A stretch of DNA of 64,000 bases from Nostoc sp. (GTDB lineage: Bacteria > Cyanobacteriota > Cyanobacteriia > Cyanobacteriales > Nostocaceae). The notes beneath the pieces were generated by a model. That model had not been told where the DNA came from. It did not search any database and saw only the letters and a program-made list of their open reading frames with translations. A program made the translations under genes and the position numbers. Positions 30,725-41,341 of this stretch are shown in pieces (the first letter of the stretch is position 1; the number at the start of each line of letters is the position of its first letter). The DNA lies in NCBI GenBank assembly GCA_036918135.1, contig JBALDB010000056.1:160001-224000 (forward strand), read 5' to 3'.

Positions 30725-30898
30725 AATAATACAAAATTTATATATATCAACTATTTTGAGAAATCAATTGACACAAAGGTTTTCAATTGAATGGAATACA
30801 CTTGAAAATAAAATTAAATTATTGTAGGGCAGGATTGCTGTACTAGCCTATTGTGAAGCATGAAGGCGAAGTAAAGCCTCTCATAGCCTTATCAAACG

Positions 30899-32062
30899 TC
30901 AAGTTGAGTATTTACCATTAATTTCTATATAACCTTCTGAAAGGTCGCAACCCCATACAGTTGCAGAAGCTTCGCCAATATTAAGACTAACATGAATGTC
31001 TACTCGATCCTTGGACATAACTTGCCGCAACCGAGCCAGATTTTCCTCGCTTAAATTATCAGGATAAACTTTCACATTGTCAAACCTGATAATAACTCGT
31101 TCTGGATTTATCTGTTGTTCATTTTCACATTTGCCTATAGCCATAGCAACTCGTCCCCAATTTGGATCTGCTCCATAAACGGCGGTTTTGACCAATGGTG
31201 AATTTACAATTGCTTTAGCTACCTTTTTAGCTTGTGCATAGTTAATAGCAAAATCCACAGTTACCTGAATAATCTTAGTAGCACCTTCTCCATCTTGGGC
31301 AATTTTCAACACTAATTCATGGGCGATTTCTTGCAATGCATTAGCAAAATCTCGTTCTGGAACTTCGCCTGCCAAACCATTTGCTAAAATGACGGCAGAA
31401 TCACTAGTAGAAGTATCAGTATCTATACTCAGGCAGTTAAATGTTTTATCAATAGTAGAGCGAAAAATAGAACGCAGACTGTTTGCTTTAATAGCAGCAT
31501 CAGTAAAAAAGAAAGCTAGAAGAGTAGCCATATTCGGCTCAATCATACCGACACCTTTGGCAATTCCTACTAACTTGGCATTTCCGATTTGGCGTGTAGC
31601 GAGTTTCACTACTGTATCGGTGGTCATAATACCACGGGCTGCGGCATGAAAATCAGCAGCACTCAATTTTTTTCCTAATCCTAATAAACCTGCGCGGATT
31701 TTTTCAATGGGGTAACGTCTGCCAATTACACCTGTAGAAGCTATTACAATATTATGTGCAGCAACTCCAGTTTCAGTTGCAATTAATTGCAGAACCTCTT
31801 GAGCGTCAGCGATACCAACAGAACCATTAGCGACATTTGCATTCTTAGATATAACAACAATTGCTTGTGCTTGTGAATCTTTTAAGTTATCGCGGCTAAT
31901 AGTAACACTTGGTCCAGCGAAAAGACTTTGAGTAAAAACTCCATCAGCAACACAAGGAACTTCTGATTTAATCAAGACAAAATCATCTGTTGTATCTCGG
32001 ATTCCCAAGTTAGTAATAAATGCACTAAAACCTTGAGGTGGTGATGGTATAGATAATGACAT
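30899..32062 (-). CDS. argJ: Ornithine acetyltransferase / N-acetylglutamate synthase ArgJ
   Basis: ASTGVIG, IMTTD, AKGVGMIEPNMATLL, DTDTSTSD, DGEGATK, DPNWGR. Confidence 0.93.
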   Translation of the reverse strand: MSLSIPSPPQGFSAFITNLGIRDTTDDFVLIKSEVPCVADGVFTQSLFAGPSVTISRDNLKDSQAQAIVVISKNANVANGSVGIADAQEVLQLIATETGVAAHNIVIASTGVIGRRYPIEKIRAGLLGLGKKLSAADFHAAARGIMTTDTVVKLATRQIGNAKLVGIAKGVGMIEPNMATLLAFFFTDAAIKANSLRSIFRSTIDKTFNCLSIDTDTSTSDSAVILANGLAGEVPERDFANALQEIAHELVLKIAQDGEGATKIIQVTVDFAINYAQAKKVAKAIVNSPLVKTAVYGADPNWGRVAMAIGKCENEQQINPERVIIRFDNVKVYPDNLSEENLARLRQVMSKDRVDIHVSLNIGEASATVWGCDLSEGYIEINGKYST

Positions 32063-32125
32063 TTGGGTTTCAATAAAAATTTGCTCTAATTATCTCAGTT
32101 TTTGGAACTGATAGAAGCTAACAAA

Positions 32126-33640
32126 CTATAAATCAGGTAACGTCAGGGTGAATATCGTCCATCCATTGTTGCTTTCTACTTGAATCTTTCCTTGCAGTTG
32201 TTCGACTAATTTCTGCACTATAGGTAAACCTAATCCCGAACCACCTTGATTCCAGATGTCTGCATGAGGAAGGCGATAGAATTTTTCAAAGATTCGTGGT
32301 AATTCTTTTGCCGGAATTTCTGCTGAATTACTGATAGTGATGGTAGTTTTTGGGGGTGTTTCTGAAGAATCGTGACGTACACTAAGGACAATTTCACCAG
32401 CCGCAGGTGTATATTTACAGGCATTATTGAGCAATTCGACTAAAATCCGTTCTAAGCTAGTGCTGTGTGAAAATAGGGACGGGAGATCTGGTGTTAGATT
32501 TATCTGTAAAGTTTGCTGATGTTCTTGAATACGGATTTTAAATGGCTCAATTACCCAAGGTAACCACTGTTGTAAGAGCAACGCATCAGGTGTAATAATC
32601 GGGTAGGATGAGCTTTCTAAGCGTTGTAAGTCTAATAAATTGTTGATAAGTTCTAGCTCGCGATCGCACTCATCATCCATTAGTTTTAGATAGTGCTGAG
32701 TTTCCTCAATTAAAGAAGAGTTTTGTAACATTTGAATCATTACTTTTATATTACTTAGAGGCGATCGCAATTCATGAGAAACTAAATTCAAGAAGTCATT
32801 TTGGAGTTGATTTCTCTGTTCTAATTGACTCACAAGTTGTTCTTGCTCAATTTGCTTTTGACGAGCCTCAATCGCTCGTTTGCGCTCGCTAATATCTTGA
32901 AATATTAATACAGCACCCGTAATTTTATCTTTGTCATCTTTAATCGGTGCGGCACTATCATCAATTGGTATTTCTGCGCCGTCTTTAGCAATCAAAATCG
33001 TTTCTGGTGGTAGATTAACGATATTACCATTTTGAAGGACTTTCACAATCGGATTTTCAATAGGGTGATGAGTTTTTCCATTGGCAATATTGAATACTTC
33101 TGATGAATTTCTGCCACAAGCCTCTTCCTGTTTCCATCCAGTCAGATTTTCAGCTACAGGATTCATAAAAGTTACCAATTCTTGCTGGTCGCTAGCAATT
33201 ACACCATCGCTAATACTTTTTAAAAGTGCATCTAGCCATTTTTTATTTGCTTTCAGTTGCTTTTCTAGACGATGTTTGATCAGAGTTATTTCAATATTAG
33301 TTTGGAGTTCTTTTTCTCTAAAAGGTTTGAGTAAGTAGCCGAATGGCTCGGTTATCTTAGCTCGTTCTAATGTTTTTTCGTCTGCATAAGCAGTTAAATA
33401 AATTACTGGAATGTCAAAATTTTTATAGATTTTTTGAGCAGCTTCTATACCATCCATTTGACCTTTGAGTCTAATATCCATTAATACCAAATCTGGAGAA
33501 ATTTCTAATGCTTTATTAATAGCTTCTTCTCCTGAAGAAGCTATAATTGGAACTGTATAACCAAATTTATTTAGTCGATACTGTAAATCTTTAGCAACAA
33601 TAGCTTCATCTTCTACAACTAAGATTTTGGCGTTTGGCAT
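32126..33640 (-). CDS. Hybrid REC-PAS-histidine kinase
   Basis: REC (VVEDE, LMDI), PAS, SHELRSPL, NACKY, GSGLGL. Confidence 0.92.
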   Translation of the reverse strand: MPNAKILVVEDEAIVAKDLQYRLNKFGYTVPIIASSGEEAINKALEISPDLVLMDIRLKGQMDGIEAAQKIYKNFDIPVIYLTAYADEKTLERAKITEPFGYLLKPFREKELQTNIEITLIKHRLEKQLKANKKWLDALLKSISDGVIASDQQELVTFMNPVAENLTGWKQEEACGRNSSEVFNIANGKTHHPIENPIVKVLQNGNIVNLPPETILIAKDGAEIPIDDSAAPIKDDKDKITGAVLIFQDISERKRAIEARQKQIEQEQLVSQLEQRNQLQNDFLNLVSHELRSPLSNIKVMIQMLQNSSLIEETQHYLKLMDDECDRELELINNLLDLQRLESSSYPIITPDALLLQQWLPWVIEPFKIRIQEHQQTLQINLTPDLPSLFSHSTSLERILVELLNNACKYTPAAGEIVLSVRHDSSETPPKTTITISNSAEIPAKELPRIFEKFYRLPHADIWNQGGSGLGLPIVQKLVEQLQGKIQVESNNGWTIFTLTLPDL

Positions 33641-33664
33641 ATTTGATATTTGTTCTATTTATAT

Positions 33665-35254
33665 TTATATAGATGAAAATTTTAACTGGAATTTTACTCC
33701 GCTTTCATTTTTTATCTTGAGAGTTCCACCAAGTTGAGAGGTAAGAGCATCTACTAACTGCAAACCTAATGATGCTACTTTTTGGAAATCAAAGTTTGAA
33801 GGAAAACCAATACCATTATCACTAACTGTCAAAATAAAATTATTGTCATTATTTTGATTAAGCTCAATACAAATCAAACAATTTTGCTCTATTGTAAATG
33901 CATATTTTAACGAGTTGGATACAAGTTCATGGATAATTAAGCTACAAGGAATTGCTGCATCCAAACCTAGAAAAATACCCTCATCAATATTGATTGACAC
34001 AGTAATCGCGTCTTCATTAACTTCATATGCAGTAAATAAGCTTGCTATTAAATCTCGAATATATTCACCAAAATTAATTCTTGCCAAGTCTTGAGATTGA
34101 TATAATTTTTCGTGAATCAAAGCTATCGATGCAATTCGCTGCTGGGTTTGTTGAAATATTGCCAAATCGTCTTTGTCTTTGATATAGGCAGATTGTAAAT
34201 TTAGCAAACTGGAAATCACCTGTAAATTATTTTTCACTCGATGGTAAATTTCTTTCAATAGCACCTCCTTTTCTAAAAGAGATGCTTTTATTTGCTCTTG
34301 TGAGTGCTTGCGATCGCTAATATCTTCAATTGCAGAAATAAAATACTTTGGCTCTCCGTTAGATTCACGCATTAAAGCTACCGTAAGATTAACCCAAACT
34401 ATGGAAGTATCTTTGCGGAAATAGCGCTTTTCTATTGAATAAGTTTGAATACGAGCTGCTAAAACTTGGTCAATATATTTCAGGTCAGCCTCAAGATCGT
34501 CCGGGTGGGTAATATCTTGGAAAGTTAGCAACTGTAGCTCTTGGAGTGTGTAACCAAGAATATCGCAAAGCCTCTGGTTAACTAACAACCATTTACCATC
34601 TATTGCCACATAGGCAATGCCCACAGCAGCTTGATGGAATGCAGACCGGAATCGCTGTTCGCTTTCCCGCAATGCTATCTCCATTTGGTGGCGCTGAGTA
34701 ATTTCTGCCTGTAGTGATTGATTAATTCTTGTTAACTCTGCTGTGCGTTCCTCAACCATACTTTCAAGGCGTTGTTCGCTTTTCCTTAAAACCTCCTCAG
34801 TCCGTTTGCGCTCAGCAATTTCCTTTGCTAGTTGGCAGTTAGCCGCCTCTAGTTGAGCAGGACTTGGCAAAGCTAATGCCTGAGGTATTAATGGCACAAG
34901 TTCTATGGCCGTAGCTACGGAGACCAAAGCGGTGATAGCTTTGATTAATCCTGATAGCCAATAGGTAGGATACCAGAGCGTCCACACATCCATTAAATGA
35001 GTTGTTCCACAAGCAACAATGAATGTGCTAAACATCAAAAATATCCAGTCAAAAGGCAAATCTCGCCGTTTGCGAACGAAATAAACTAGCATCACCGGAA
35101 TTGAATAATAAGCAAGTGCAGTTAGCACATCTGAAAGCAGATGCAACCATACCAGTTCTGGTTTCCAGAGGTAGCAATGTCCGTGGGGAATAAACTGGTT
35201 AGTAGAGAAAAAACTATTTAAAAATTCCACGAGCAAAACCCATACACTGCACAA
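33665..35254 (-). CDS. Sensor histidine kinase: ethylene-receptor-like TM domain, PAS, HisKA_2
   Basis: SD.LTALAYYSIP...ACGTTH; EIYHRVKNNLQ; DNGIG; true start may be GTG at 35230. Confidence 0.88.
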   Translation of the reverse strand: MCSVWVLLVEFLNSFFSTNQFIPHGHCYLWKPELVWLHLLSDVLTALAYYSIPVMLVYFVRKRRDLPFDWIFLMFSTFIVACGTTHLMDVWTLWYPTYWLSGLIKAITALVSVATAIELVPLIPQALALPSPAQLEAANCQLAKEIAERKRTEEVLRKSEQRLESMVEERTAELTRINQSLQAEITQRHQMEIALRESEQRFRSAFHQAAVGIAYVAIDGKWLLVNQRLCDILGYTLQELQLLTFQDITHPDDLEADLKYIDQVLAARIQTYSIEKRYFRKDTSIVWVNLTVALMRESNGEPKYFISAIEDISDRKHSQEQIKASLLEKEVLLKEIYHRVKNNLQVISSLLNLQSAYIKDKDDLAIFQQTQQRIASIALIHEKLYQSQDLARINFGEYIRDLIASLFTAYEVNEDAITVSINIDEGIFLGLDAAIPCSLIIHELVSNSLKYAFTIEQNCLICIELNQNNDNNFILTVSDNGIGFPSNFDFQKVASLGLQLVDALTSQLGGTLKIKNESGVKFQLKFSSI

Positions 35255-35500
35255 GTCCTGATCAAAGTTAAAGTGTGAAGCAATAAATTTTCAGCCTAGT
35301 TTCAGTAGAGGCACGGACGCCTAGAGAGTGGCCAGACATTGCCTAACGCTTCTACATCATTGTTATGTCATACTTTTTGAGATTTTTAACCTGATAGCTT
35401 AAGATTTATTGACATTAAAGTACCGCGATCGCTTTGGTAATTGTTACCGTAGATTTTCTGAAATAAACCATTGCATAGACATATAGCAATCTGAAATCAT

Positions 35501-35860
35501 TGAAGCGCGGTAGACTACGCAAACGGCTTAAGATACTTGCTGCCGATAAAGGTTACGACTCCAATTGGATGAATGGTGGATACCGAGGCGAAGAATTTAT
35601 ACGTTGGGTAATGGATATATTTCGCGCTTATTGTGCAAATTGTTCTTAGACCTTTACAAAAAAGGGTTTTGTCCATTTACCGAAGCGTTGGGTTGTCGAG
35701 CGGACTTTCGGTTGGCTTAATTGGTGTCGGCGCTTAAGCAAAGATTATGAAACACTACTCGAAACCTCCCAGACATTTATCTATATTGCCATGATCCGAA
35801 TCATGGTCAGACGACTGGCATGATTTTTGACTAGTTTCGACTTTTAAAACATCCTCTTAG
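35501..35860 (+). mobile_element. IS5-family transposase debris with an IS1031-type right end
   Basis: KRGRLRKRLKILAADKGYDS, then frameshifted [23 protein letters not shown]...[11 protein letters not shown]; end ttttaaaacatcctc-ttag. Confidence 0.85.
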
Positions 35861-36108
35861 GAGGACAAAAACAACAGCTAGCCATTGCGCGTGCTTTAGT
35901 AAGTCATCCTAAATTAGTTTTAGCTGATGAACCGACAGCGGCTTTAGACAGTAAAACAGGGCAAGATGTTGTTACCCTGATGCAAGATCTAGCAAACGAA
36001 CAGAATTGTGCTATCTTAATGGTTACTCACGATAACAGAATATTAGATATTGCCGATCGCATAATTTACATGGAAGATGGTTATTTAGTCAAAGAAATTT
36101 GCTACTAG
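35860..36108 (+). pseudogene. C-terminal remnant of a DevA-like ABC ATPase, truncated at the IS end
   Basis: GGQKQQLAIARAL..PKLVLADEPTAALD...VTHDNRILDIADRI..MEDG. Confidence 0.85.
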
Positions 36109-37240
36109 CGTAATTACAAGAGAATTAAACAACAATATTCCCAATTTTTTCAAGAAATCGGGATTTTTAAATATTGCCATATATCCTTGGTTACAACCTA
36201 AACGACAACAAAAGTATACCTTGAGTCTTAAGTAAGACACCCCTAGAGTATGAAGTTATAAGTTCTCAACTCAAAGAAAATATAGATGTAATGATAGTGA
36301 AGTTTTAACAATTGGGAATGTCTGGCTGTTTTTAGTTTTTGCTCCTTTATAAGAATAATCTGATAATTTCTCATATTAACTACAATTATTTCAATATTTT
36401 ATGGTGCAAGATTTAATTTTTTGTATAAAAGAACAGTTTTACACTTTAGTTTAATAAGTCTTCAATATATAAAGATGTTTCTGAATGTTATATAAGTCCT
36501 CCTTGTGGATGTACCAATCTAGGACAAAACCTTCAATGTGAAGATTGTGTTTATCTTGAGGCTTGCTTATCTAATTTCAAGCGAAAAGTAGTTCAACTTA
36601 GTAAAATGTGAAATGTGATTACGAGCAAAACGGAGTGTAGACGCGTACCACTTCCCTACAGGACGCTACGTGGAAGCAAGTTATGCGTAGCGTCTCGTAG
36701 AGAACACAAGGGTAGCGAAGCAATCGCAAAGATTCTATCTTAAATATCTCCGAGAGTTATCAAGGTCAAAACAACAAATTAAATAAAAATTTAATTCTTT
36801 TGGTATAAATGGTTTTATTCTTAATGATAGAAGTTTGGCAAAACAGGAGCATGTATTCTATTTATTAGCCAAGGCGAGTAGGCTGCTCGTTCGTGTAAAT
36901 TTAAAAGTAGGGAGGTTTCAAGAAAATCAATGTATTATATTGATGCAATTGTGTAAAGAATTAAGTTCACAAAAAAGTATGATTGATTTTCCTCCAAAAA
37001 GAACATGCTTAGAATTAGAATTATAGTTTTTTGTAGAATGGCGGTAAAAAATTTACAAAATTATTTTGAATTTCATTTACACGACCAATTAAATGCTTTT
37101 TGACATTTAAAAATTAGGTAAGAGACTCGTAAATATGTATTGTCAAAATCTACATTATAAAGTAGTAAATAGAACTAGGCAATAGCAATTTTAAAAATCA
37201 ACAAAGCACTGCAATCTAGAACATACAAGGAACCATTATC

Positions 37241-38119
37241 ATGAGACCTATTAATTTATCTAAAGCTGTTTTAGCTAGTTTGTTTGTCATCACTTTCGCT
37301 TCTGCATCCTTACCTATTTCTGTTTCTGCTCAATCCGGAGGCTCCGGCAGTGGCAGTAGCTCAGGAAGTAGTTCCGGTACAGGTACAAGTGGCACAAGTG
37401 GAACAGGTACAAGTGGAACTGGCACAGGCACAAGTGGAACAGGTACAGGCACAGGTACAACAGGTACAGGCACAGGTACAACTGGAACAGGTACAGGCAC
37501 AGGCACAACAGGTACAGGCACAGGTACAACTGGAACAGGTACAGGCACAGGTACAACTGGAACAGGCACAAGTGGAACAGGTACAGGCTCAGGTATAACT
37601 GGAACAGGTACAGGTACAACTGGAACAGGTACAGATACAACTGGAACAGGTACAGGTACAGGCACAGGCACAACTGGAACAGGTACTGGAACAGGTACTG
37701 GCACTGACACAACTGGAACAGGCACTGGCAGTACAGGCACTGGTACAACTGGAACAGGCACTGGCAGTACAGGTACTGGAACAACTACAGATGGTACAGG
37801 TGGTGGTGGCACTACAGGTACTGATAGTACTGGTACAACTGGAACAGGTACTGGAACAACTACAGATGGTACAGGTGGTGGTGGCACTACAGGTACTGGT
37901 AGTACTGGTACAACTGGAACCACAGATAGCACTGGCACTACAGGTACTAACAGGAATGCACCTGTTACGGTTTACCAACAAAGTAGCGATCGCGGTTTCG
38001 ATTGGGGTTGGCTAGGTTTGTTTGGTCTAGCTGGTTTAGCAGGTCTAGTTCGTCGTAATCGGGATAAAGTGAAAACTTACAGCGATCCTAATGAAGTAAC
38101 AGGTTCTCGCTTGAAATAA
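37241..38119 (+). CDS. Exported Gly/Thr-repeat protein with WGxxGxxG C-terminal sorting signal
   Basis: Signal peptide, about 200 aa of TG repeats, [19 protein letters not shown]. Confidence 0.88.
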   Translation: MRPINLSKAVLASLFVITFASASLPISVSAQSGGSGSGSSSGSSSGTGTSGTSGTGTSGTGTGTSGTGTGTGTTGTGTGTTGTGTGTGTTGTGTGTTGTGTGTGTTGTGTSGTGTGSGITGTGTGTTGTGTDTTGTGTGTGTGTTGTGTGTGTGTDTTGTGTGSTGTGTTGTGTGSTGTGTTTDGTGGGGTTGTDSTGTTGTGTGTTTDGTGGGGTTGTGSTGTTGTTDSTGTTGTNRNAPVTVYQQSSDRGFDWGWLGLFGLAGLAGLVRRNRDKVKTYSDPNEVTGSRLK

Positions 38120-38349
38120 GCTAATCGGCTTGTCATTCCTGAAGTTTCGATCTCAGGAAGTCAGAAGCTATTGAATTATCTGTTTATCATTGGTCATTAG
38201 TCGAGTTGTATTTACAAGCGACTAATGACCAATTAGGTTAAGTAGTTCGTTAGTCAGGTTAAAAGATTTGAAGAACCTGTAATAGTGTAGCCTCACCTGA
38301 TGAGTCTTAACCAGAGAATATGTAACTTACATGCAGATTAGTTTATAAG

Positions 38350-39120
38350 TTAAAGTAGACTAGCAGAATTTATATCTAAAAATAACGTTGCTTGTGGTTG
38401 TTGACGCAGAATAGAAGCGGGACAGTTCGTGGTTATAGCTCCTTGCAACATTTCCTTTACCACATTTGCCTTACGTCTTTCTGGAGCAAGACAAATAATT
38501 TTTTTAGCGGAACAAATCATTGTAATCGTAACAGTAAAAGCGTATTGTGGCACAGTTTCAATATTCTGAAAGTGGCCTGTGTTTACTTGTTGCTGGCGGT
38601 TGGCATTATCTAGTTTAACTAATTTCACGCTGTAAGGATCTTGAAAATTTGCTACTGTTGGGTCATTAAAGGCCAAATGTCCATTTTCACCAACACCAAG
38701 ACAGCACAAGTCAATTGGTTGGGCTTGCAATAATTTAGTATAGCGATCGCATTCTGTTACTGGTTGCAATGTATCACCTTCTATATAGTGAAATTCCTGG
38801 GAAGTAATCCGTTTCTCTACACGTTCTCGCAGATAGCGCCGGAAACTAGCAGGATGATCCCTACTAATTCCCAAATATTCATCTAGATGAAATAAAGTAA
38901 TCCGCGACCAATCTATACCACCCAATGCAATCAAAGCATCAAGAAATTTCAGTTGGGAGTTACCTGTTGCTAACAAGACAGCAGCTGTATCCTGTTCCTT
39001 AAGAACCTGCTGTAAATACTTTTGGGTGATTTGTGCAACTGAGAACGCCATTTCGACTTCAGAGTTGTAAATCTGCACTAATAAATCGTCAACGGAAAAA
39101 AAGTTTGTTGCGGCTAACAT
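38350..39120 (-). CDS. nagB: Glucosamine-6-phosphate deaminase/isomerase family protein
   Basis: LATGNSQ, FHLDEY, LGVGENGHLAFND. Confidence 0.8.
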   Translation of the reverse strand: MLAATNFFSVDDLLVQIYNSEVEMAFSVAQITQKYLQQVLKEQDTAAVLLATGNSQLKFLDALIALGGIDWSRITLFHLDEYLGISRDHPASFRRYLRERVEKRITSQEFHYIEGDTLQPVTECDRYTKLLQAQPIDLCCLGVGENGHLAFNDPTVANFQDPYSVKLVKLDNANRQQQVNTGHFQNIETVPQYAFTVTITMICSAKKIICLAPERRKANVVKEMLQGAITTNCPASILRQQPQATLFLDINSASLL

Positions 39121-39522
39121 TTGTTAATACAGAAGGTTATCAATAATGTTGACTGTTGACGGTTAATAATTAACGTGAAATTACATACCCTTTGAGGGGT
39201 GGCATGAGCTTAAATGCCTTATCCAGTTATAGAAGATAGATTTTAGAATTTAGCAGATTAATTTGCGACTCTTAAGGTTTGGTTAGAATACTGCCCTTAA
39301 TAGGAGAATTTTTCCTCGGTTCCCAATCTCTAGTCCCTAGTCCAGCACAGTATAAATAGAGATACCGTTCACAATCAAACAAAAGCCGACAACACAAGCT
39401 CTTTGACTTTTGACTTCCGGCTTAGGGTACTAGTCTCTTGTATTGACACAATCACTAAAGAACAAAAACAATGTAAACTATGTGAATCAAGTTAACAATT
39501 ATTTACATAGTACCAAAAAATT

Positions 39523-40209
39523 ATGCTGGCTGCAATTCTTTTTGACCTAGACGGCACTATTGTCAACAGCGATCCAATACATTACCGAGCTTGGGAAGAA
39601 ATGCTGTCAAATTTCAGCATAGAACTTGATGAAACCTTTTATAAATCACGAATTAGCGGGCGGTTAAATCCAAAAATTGTTCAAGATATTTTGCCACAAT
39701 TATCAATAGCAGAAGGAGAAAAATTTGCAGACGAAAAAGAGGCACTTTTTCGCAAACTTGCCTCCCGTCTACAACTAATGAGTGGATTTTCTGAACTACT
39801 AGCATGGACAGAGATACATCAGTTAAAACGTGCATTAGTAACTAATGCTCCAAGATTAAATGCAGAATATATGCTAGAAGTTTTAGGTATAAAAGAAGCT
39901 TTCCATACAATTGTTTTAGCTGAAAATTGTATAGCGGGTAAACCCGACCCCACACCCTACCAAGTTGCTCTAAATAAGTTGGGGATTCAACCAGAGGAAG
40001 CGATCGCCCTAGAAGACTCTCCCTCTGGAATTCGGGCTGCCGTGGGCGCAGATATCCGCACTATTGGTATAGCGTCTACCCACAATCCTCTAATTTTGCA
40101 GGAAGTCGGCGCATTTATAGCAATACCAGATTTTACTGATTTGCAGTTGTGGACACTGCTAAACTCACTTATCGAGCCAGATTTAACTGCGATCGCTTCT
40201 GATTCTTGA
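39523..40209 (+). CDS. HAD-superfamily phosphatase (beta-PGM/CbbY-like)
   Basis: FDLDGT, VTN, KPDP, EDSPSG. Confidence 0.9.
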   Translation: MLAAILFDLDGTIVNSDPIHYRAWEEMLSNFSIELDETFYKSRISGRLNPKIVQDILPQLSIAEGEKFADEKEALFRKLASRLQLMSGFSELLAWTEIHQLKRALVTNAPRLNAEYMLEVLGIKEAFHTIVLAENCIAGKPDPTPYQVALNKLGIQPEEAIALEDSPSGIRAAVGADIRTIGIASTHNPLILQEVGAFIAIPDFTDLQLWTLLNSLIEPDLTAIASDS

Positions 40210-40257
40210 GTACAAAACTGAGAATTTCGAGAATAGAGACACCTTTGGCGTCTCTAT

Positions 40258-40884
40258 TTATTTTTCAGCCAAAATCGTGTAAATTTCCCGTTTAACTTCT
40301 TCTAGTAGCTGACGCACTCGATTTATTCGCTCTACATTGCCACTGCGAGCAACCTGCACGACTACAGCAGCTAATTCTGTTGCAACGTTCCGCAACTCAA
40401 TAAACTCTTGGGGCTTACCTGTGATGAAACTTTTGAAGGTATCCCAAGGAGAGTCTGAAGTTTCTTGCTGGGAACGTTCTGCCAAAAGTTGTCTACCCTC
40501 ATCTGTAATTGTGTAAATCCGCTTACCACCTTCCTGTGAGCTAGTTAAATAACCACCCTCCTCCAGCAATTGGAGTGTTGGATACACTGAACCAGGACTG
40601 AGGCGACGGAAACCACCATAGCGAGTTTCCATCTCTTTAATTAGGTCGTAACCATGACTGGGATGCTCAGATAACAATTCCAACAAGATGAACTTAATGT
40701 CACCCCTACGAGTCCGAAATTCATCTCCCCAACCACGACCGGACATTTCATCACCAAAGTTTTTGCCACGATCTCTACCATGATGCCTGCGATGCTCAAA
40801 CCGAGACTTGACAAACAAAAAATCATCTTCGCTAACTCCTGCCCATGCAGGTACTCCAAAGCGCGAGCGAAAGTGTCTAAACAT
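40258..40884 (-). CDS. PadR family transcriptional regulator
   Basis: RRGDIKFILLELL..P.HGYDLIK, SPGSVYPTLQLLEE. Confidence 0.92.
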   Translation of the reverse strand: MFRHFRSRFGVPAWAGVSEDDFLFVKSRFEHRRHHGRDRGKNFGDEMSGRGWGDEFRTRRGDIKFILLELLSEHPSHGYDLIKEMETRYGGFRRLSPGSVYPTLQLLEEGGYLTSSQEGGKRIYTITDEGRQLLAERSQQETSDSPWDTFKSFITGKPQEFIELRNVATELAAVVVQVARSGNVERINRVRQLLEEVKREIYTILAEK

Positions 40885-40915
40885 AAGTAAATTTCCAATC
40901 AACTTTCTCTACTAT

Positions 40916-40946
40916 ACGATATATCGTGATATATTCCGATATATCG
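40916..40946. promoter_or_regulatory. Tandem CGATATATCG palindromes, probable PadR operators
   Basis: ACGATATATCGT at 40916-40927 and CGATATATCG at 40937-40946, upstream of the PadR gene. Confidence 0.75.
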
Positions 40947-41341
40947 CGATGGAATTTTGTAAAGATTTTTGAATGAAACAGATGATGCCAGTAGGAGCGT
41001 ACACCTGTACATAGAGGTCAACTTAACGTGAAACCCTTGTCAAGACATGATTTTGAATTTACTCACGTACCATCACTCTTCGCCTCACCCTGGTTTTATC
41101 TAAAGCCAAAACTGTCCCTCCCCAAACTTCAGAGAAGGGTAAAACGTATGTTATGTAAGCGTTTTGATGAGGTCGAGCAAACGCGTAATATTAACCCTCT
41201 TCCCTCCTGACTTGAAAAAGGGGTGTAAGGGTGTAGGGGAAAATACATTTTTCATGCTTGGTGGTGAAACTTGTTTCATTGGGACTGCCTCCTGCCTCAT
41301 CCCAACGAGAAATATTTACACCCATCTACTTACGTTAGAAG

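Noticed and set aside
37284..38015. Poly-VP, VQAQ and Cys/Leu/Tyr ORFs
   Set aside because: Shadow frames of the Thr-Gly repeat gene
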